Below, piece after piece: positions 60,647-64,000 of a DNA stretch of 64,000 nucleotides. Position numbers and translations under genes: made by a program. The DNA lies in the NCBI GenBank assembly GCA_037379345.1, contig CM074514.1, positions 52,390,001 through 52,454,000 of the forward strand, in the 5' to 3' direction. The DNA comes from Perna viridis. Lineage: Eukaryota. A model generated the notes under the pieces. It ran no database searches. It was not told where the DNA came from and saw only the letters and a list, made by a program, of their open reading frames with translations. Positions within the stretch are counted from its first letter, which is position 1. Every line of letters begins with the position of its first letter.

Positions 60647-63600
60647 CAGGGACGTAGCTTGCCTATTTTAAAAATGAGGCATCTCGGCAGGGGGTCTGGG
60701 AAAACGGTTTCAAGCTATTTTGAGGTCATTTGACGAGGTCTCCAGAATAGAAAACTTGATTTCAAAATACAATTAAAATAGAATATAATTATTGGAAGTC
60801 TTTGTCATAATTTTGAAATGCAACTCGCACAATAATACCCAGAACAATATCCTCCTTTTGTCTTGACTATTTAACCAAGATATCAATTTAAGTATACCTG
60901 CGTCTTAATTTCCCTTTTTCCATTTTTGAAATTATAGGAAGTCTTGGTTCAAACGACTACTCGTTTCTCTACCTCTGTTTCAATGAACTCGTATCAGAAC
61001 TCGTATCAATACATTTTCTGACAAAATTTTTTTTAAGGCAAGCATGTATGTGGCAAAGGCAAAATAGATGGACACATTACTTGAACAATATGAATTTATA
61101 AACAGAATGCAAAGTGAAGAATGAATTTCTTAAAAGTTGAGAGGTCTAATTCGATGGTCTTTGGTTGTATAGGACCTGCGAAGAATATTTTCCCTGGAGA
61201 TCGGAACATCTCGATGTATATGCAAGAGCACTAGTCCAGCAAGTCTATCTTCAACCATGGTCGATCTACTCCAGTCTGTCAGCCAACGTAACACTGAGAA
61301 TGCCCCTTCACAACAGGCATTGTCATCAAGACAGTAAATATGGTGATAATTATTACTAGGATGATAATCTGGATCGGACAAAGCTCACACAGCGCTCAAA
61401 TTTTGCTTGTCGGTTCCTGATGCTTCTTTACAGAGTGTTTTCATGCGTTCAAGCTCGTATTTCATATGGCAGATCGGGGCCAAATCGTTCTTTGATAGCT
61501 GTTATCTCATCGTCTGAAATGTACGAAACTCAGCATGGAACTAACTTAAACGCCAAGAAGGATGGGTGCAGATTAGAAAATCGTTGTCCTAGTTCGTTGA
61601 GACAGTGACCAAAAAATGGGAAAAACACGTTTATTCGATAATAACTTTCTGTATCCACTGAATCGGTTTTGGCCCGATGCCTCATGCGCCCTGTTGTTCT
61701 TGGATGTGTAATTTCAATGTCTAGACTATCGCCGATTTCTGTAACTTTCGCCCAAACTTTACATCGAAACACCTCATCTGTTCTTCTACAACTTGGATGA
61801 AAGCTTGTGCGTCGGTGTAGGCTTTGAAGATATCGATCACATTTCGGGCTTTGAAGTGCAAGTGTCAGTGGCTTTGTAAAATTAGGTACGTGATAACCCA
61901 CATTCAACGATACTATTAAGTTGCTTCTCTCCATCATGTGTATAAAAGCCCTGGCATTTTTCTTGGCATCAGTCACTGTACTTTCATTCTGCACGTCCTC
62001 CAGCGATGATACCAGATCCTGTATTTTGCCTTGCCTGTTTGTCCCACGCGTGACCTCTATAGGGTATGTTGCGCTGTCCGAAGATGATGACATCTATGAT
62101 GATTTTCAAAATTTCCCTGTTTTTGCTGACATTATCTTCGTAGGACTTAGAAAGTTTCGACCTGATACTTTTTCCTCTCCAGACTGAACTTTAAGAAAGT
62201 GTGATGCTTTTGTTATAGCATCATGGTGGTAAGCAGTTTCTTCGTGGGCAAAATGCTCCTCTTTTTTTTTCGTTTTCCCAGTCTTTCAAACCGGAAGTTA
62301 CCAGATTGTTTCCCGCATGCCGTCCCCATCAGTTTTTGTGAATGCTTTTTTAAATAGTTTTATATTTGTACTTAACAACAATGCAAAGTTTCCAAAAAAA
62401 AAAGAAAAAAATCCGTTGGTTCTTTTTTGGTGTGTCACTTGGAAAACATCGAGGGACGAACGGACACTAATCTGAAGCCTAATGTTTCGAGGAGGATAAC
62501 TTAATACGTCGAAACTAAGTGTGGTAGGTATAAAAAGTACTGTCAGTTGGAAGAACTCGGCTTAAGCTAAATTTTTAAACCAATTAATGGATGACAACGC
62601 TGTAAATGTAGCCAGTGCAAGAAGAAAAGATATAATGTTGTTTCAGGACCAGATACCCGCAACTTGTTCTGTGTTGGAAGATAGAATAAATAGCCGTTCA
62701 TTGAAGACCAATGTGTCGCCTTGGGCTGTTGACTTTTTCATCCCGATGGAAGATGCTGTCGCTTGTATATATTATCGGCCAATTTCAACTCTTACTATAC
62801 TCTTACGATACAAATGAAAACAAGACAGACATTCTTTACACTATATTTCTGTCTGTCTGTCTGTCTGTCTGAGTGCTACACAAGATGTGTTTGACAGACA
62901 GAATCGTCATGGCACTTTAGACTCGGCGCAGAGCGTTAATTTTCTGAAGAGCTGCGTTCACATAGTCGTATTTGCATACAAACAGACGTGCGGCTACGGT
63001 TGTGAATAAGTATAATGTAGTCACTGAATAACCCGCAAATAAATAATTCTTGTGATGTTACCATTGAACCATATTGTTATGTGCATATATTAATGCATTT
63101 CTAATTTCCGGGACAAAAAATATATATATATTTAGTTTATCTGATTCTTCGCTAGAATTGTCGTCTTTTTTTCTTTTTTTGCTTTAAAGCAGCTAAAATC
63201 TGTCAATTTTGATTGACCTGCTGCTCTTTTTCGATCAGCCATGATGAAGTATATCACAACTATGGAAGATTGCTGAACGAGCTATTTAAAGTAAAGCGCG
63301 CGAAAAACAACACGGAATATTCGCTCGAGAATAATTTGACAGGTCATCAACATGCTTATAATAAGCTTTCTTTTTGTGTCACCGAAATGCAAATTTCAAC
63401 GAAATTAACTTGAAATATTATATTCATGTTATAAATAAAGATATTAAAGTTATATTCATGCTTACACATAAACATAATATTTTATTATCTTCTTCCTTTT
63501 CATTTTATTTGTGGTATAATCTATGAAACTACCCTCCCATTTTTTCTGCCTCAAAAAGTGAGGCAGTTGCCTCATTGCCTAAATGGAAGCTACGCCATTG
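60647..63600 (-). mobile_element. Decayed hAT transposon (Tip100/ZMYM1-like transposase relic)
   Basis: TIRs CAGGGACGTAGCTT / AAGCTACGCCATTG; minus-strand fragments with the hAT dimerisation motif CEGAFSVLR.L..W.RSTM.EDRL.GL.LLHIHRD, plus YYRINVFFPF and DWK..HEETAYH. No TSD recognisable. Confidence 0.85.
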
Positions 63601-64000
63601 GAATTAATATTTTTCTGGAGTATTTTAAGTAAAGTCACATCAAGACAGTCATTCGCCTTTTGGTTGGACCATCGGGCCACTCCAATACCTCTTTGATAGA
63701 GGTGCCGCTGGGATACTGCAACCCCTCCCAATTCATATATTTTGCTTTTGAAATAAAGGCCTTTTCATATATATATTGTCAGAAAAAAAAGAGACCTAAT
63801 CTCCTATATACAAGGAGTGTATCCTTGATAATAGTACATTAGACATATAAAACCAACCAATATTCATCATGCATTTCTACGATAGGACGAGGATTTTTTT
63901 AATCAACTTTAATCAACAAGATCATTCAATCCTCTCTATGAAAGTTCGTATTTTAGAAAACATTTACCATCGTACGAACAGTTCCGTTTTAAGTAAAAAC

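Overview
AT-rich, intron-rich animal genomic DNA; the repeat content suggests a bivalve mollusc (inference). Three protein-coding genes were reconstructed by hand: (1) a complete 9-exon type I membrane receptor (527-7902, +, 774 aa) with signal peptide, WSC domain, an apparently circularly permuted C-type-lectin-like domain, Thr-rich stalk, TM helix and a ~440-aa tail with seven YxxP motifs; (2) a 9-exon mitochondrial-clan cytochrome P450 (10942-19162, -, 525 aa); (3) an F-box/LRR gene with an intronless CDS (37985-39556, +) plus a downstream pseudogene copy. Most of the rest is transposon-derived: a decayed DIRS retrotransposon with nested insertions, three KolobokP-like elements with long terminal direct repeats, Kolobok and hAT transposase relics, an RTE-X-like LINE, Naiad-like Penelope 3' fragments ending in a structured RNA element, degenerate twister- and hammerhead-like ribozymes, tRNA-Leu-derived repeats, several MITEs, two local tandem duplications and one 130-N gap. 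No CRISPR, rRNA or functional tRNA was found. All calls come from reading the sequence by eye; no searches were run.
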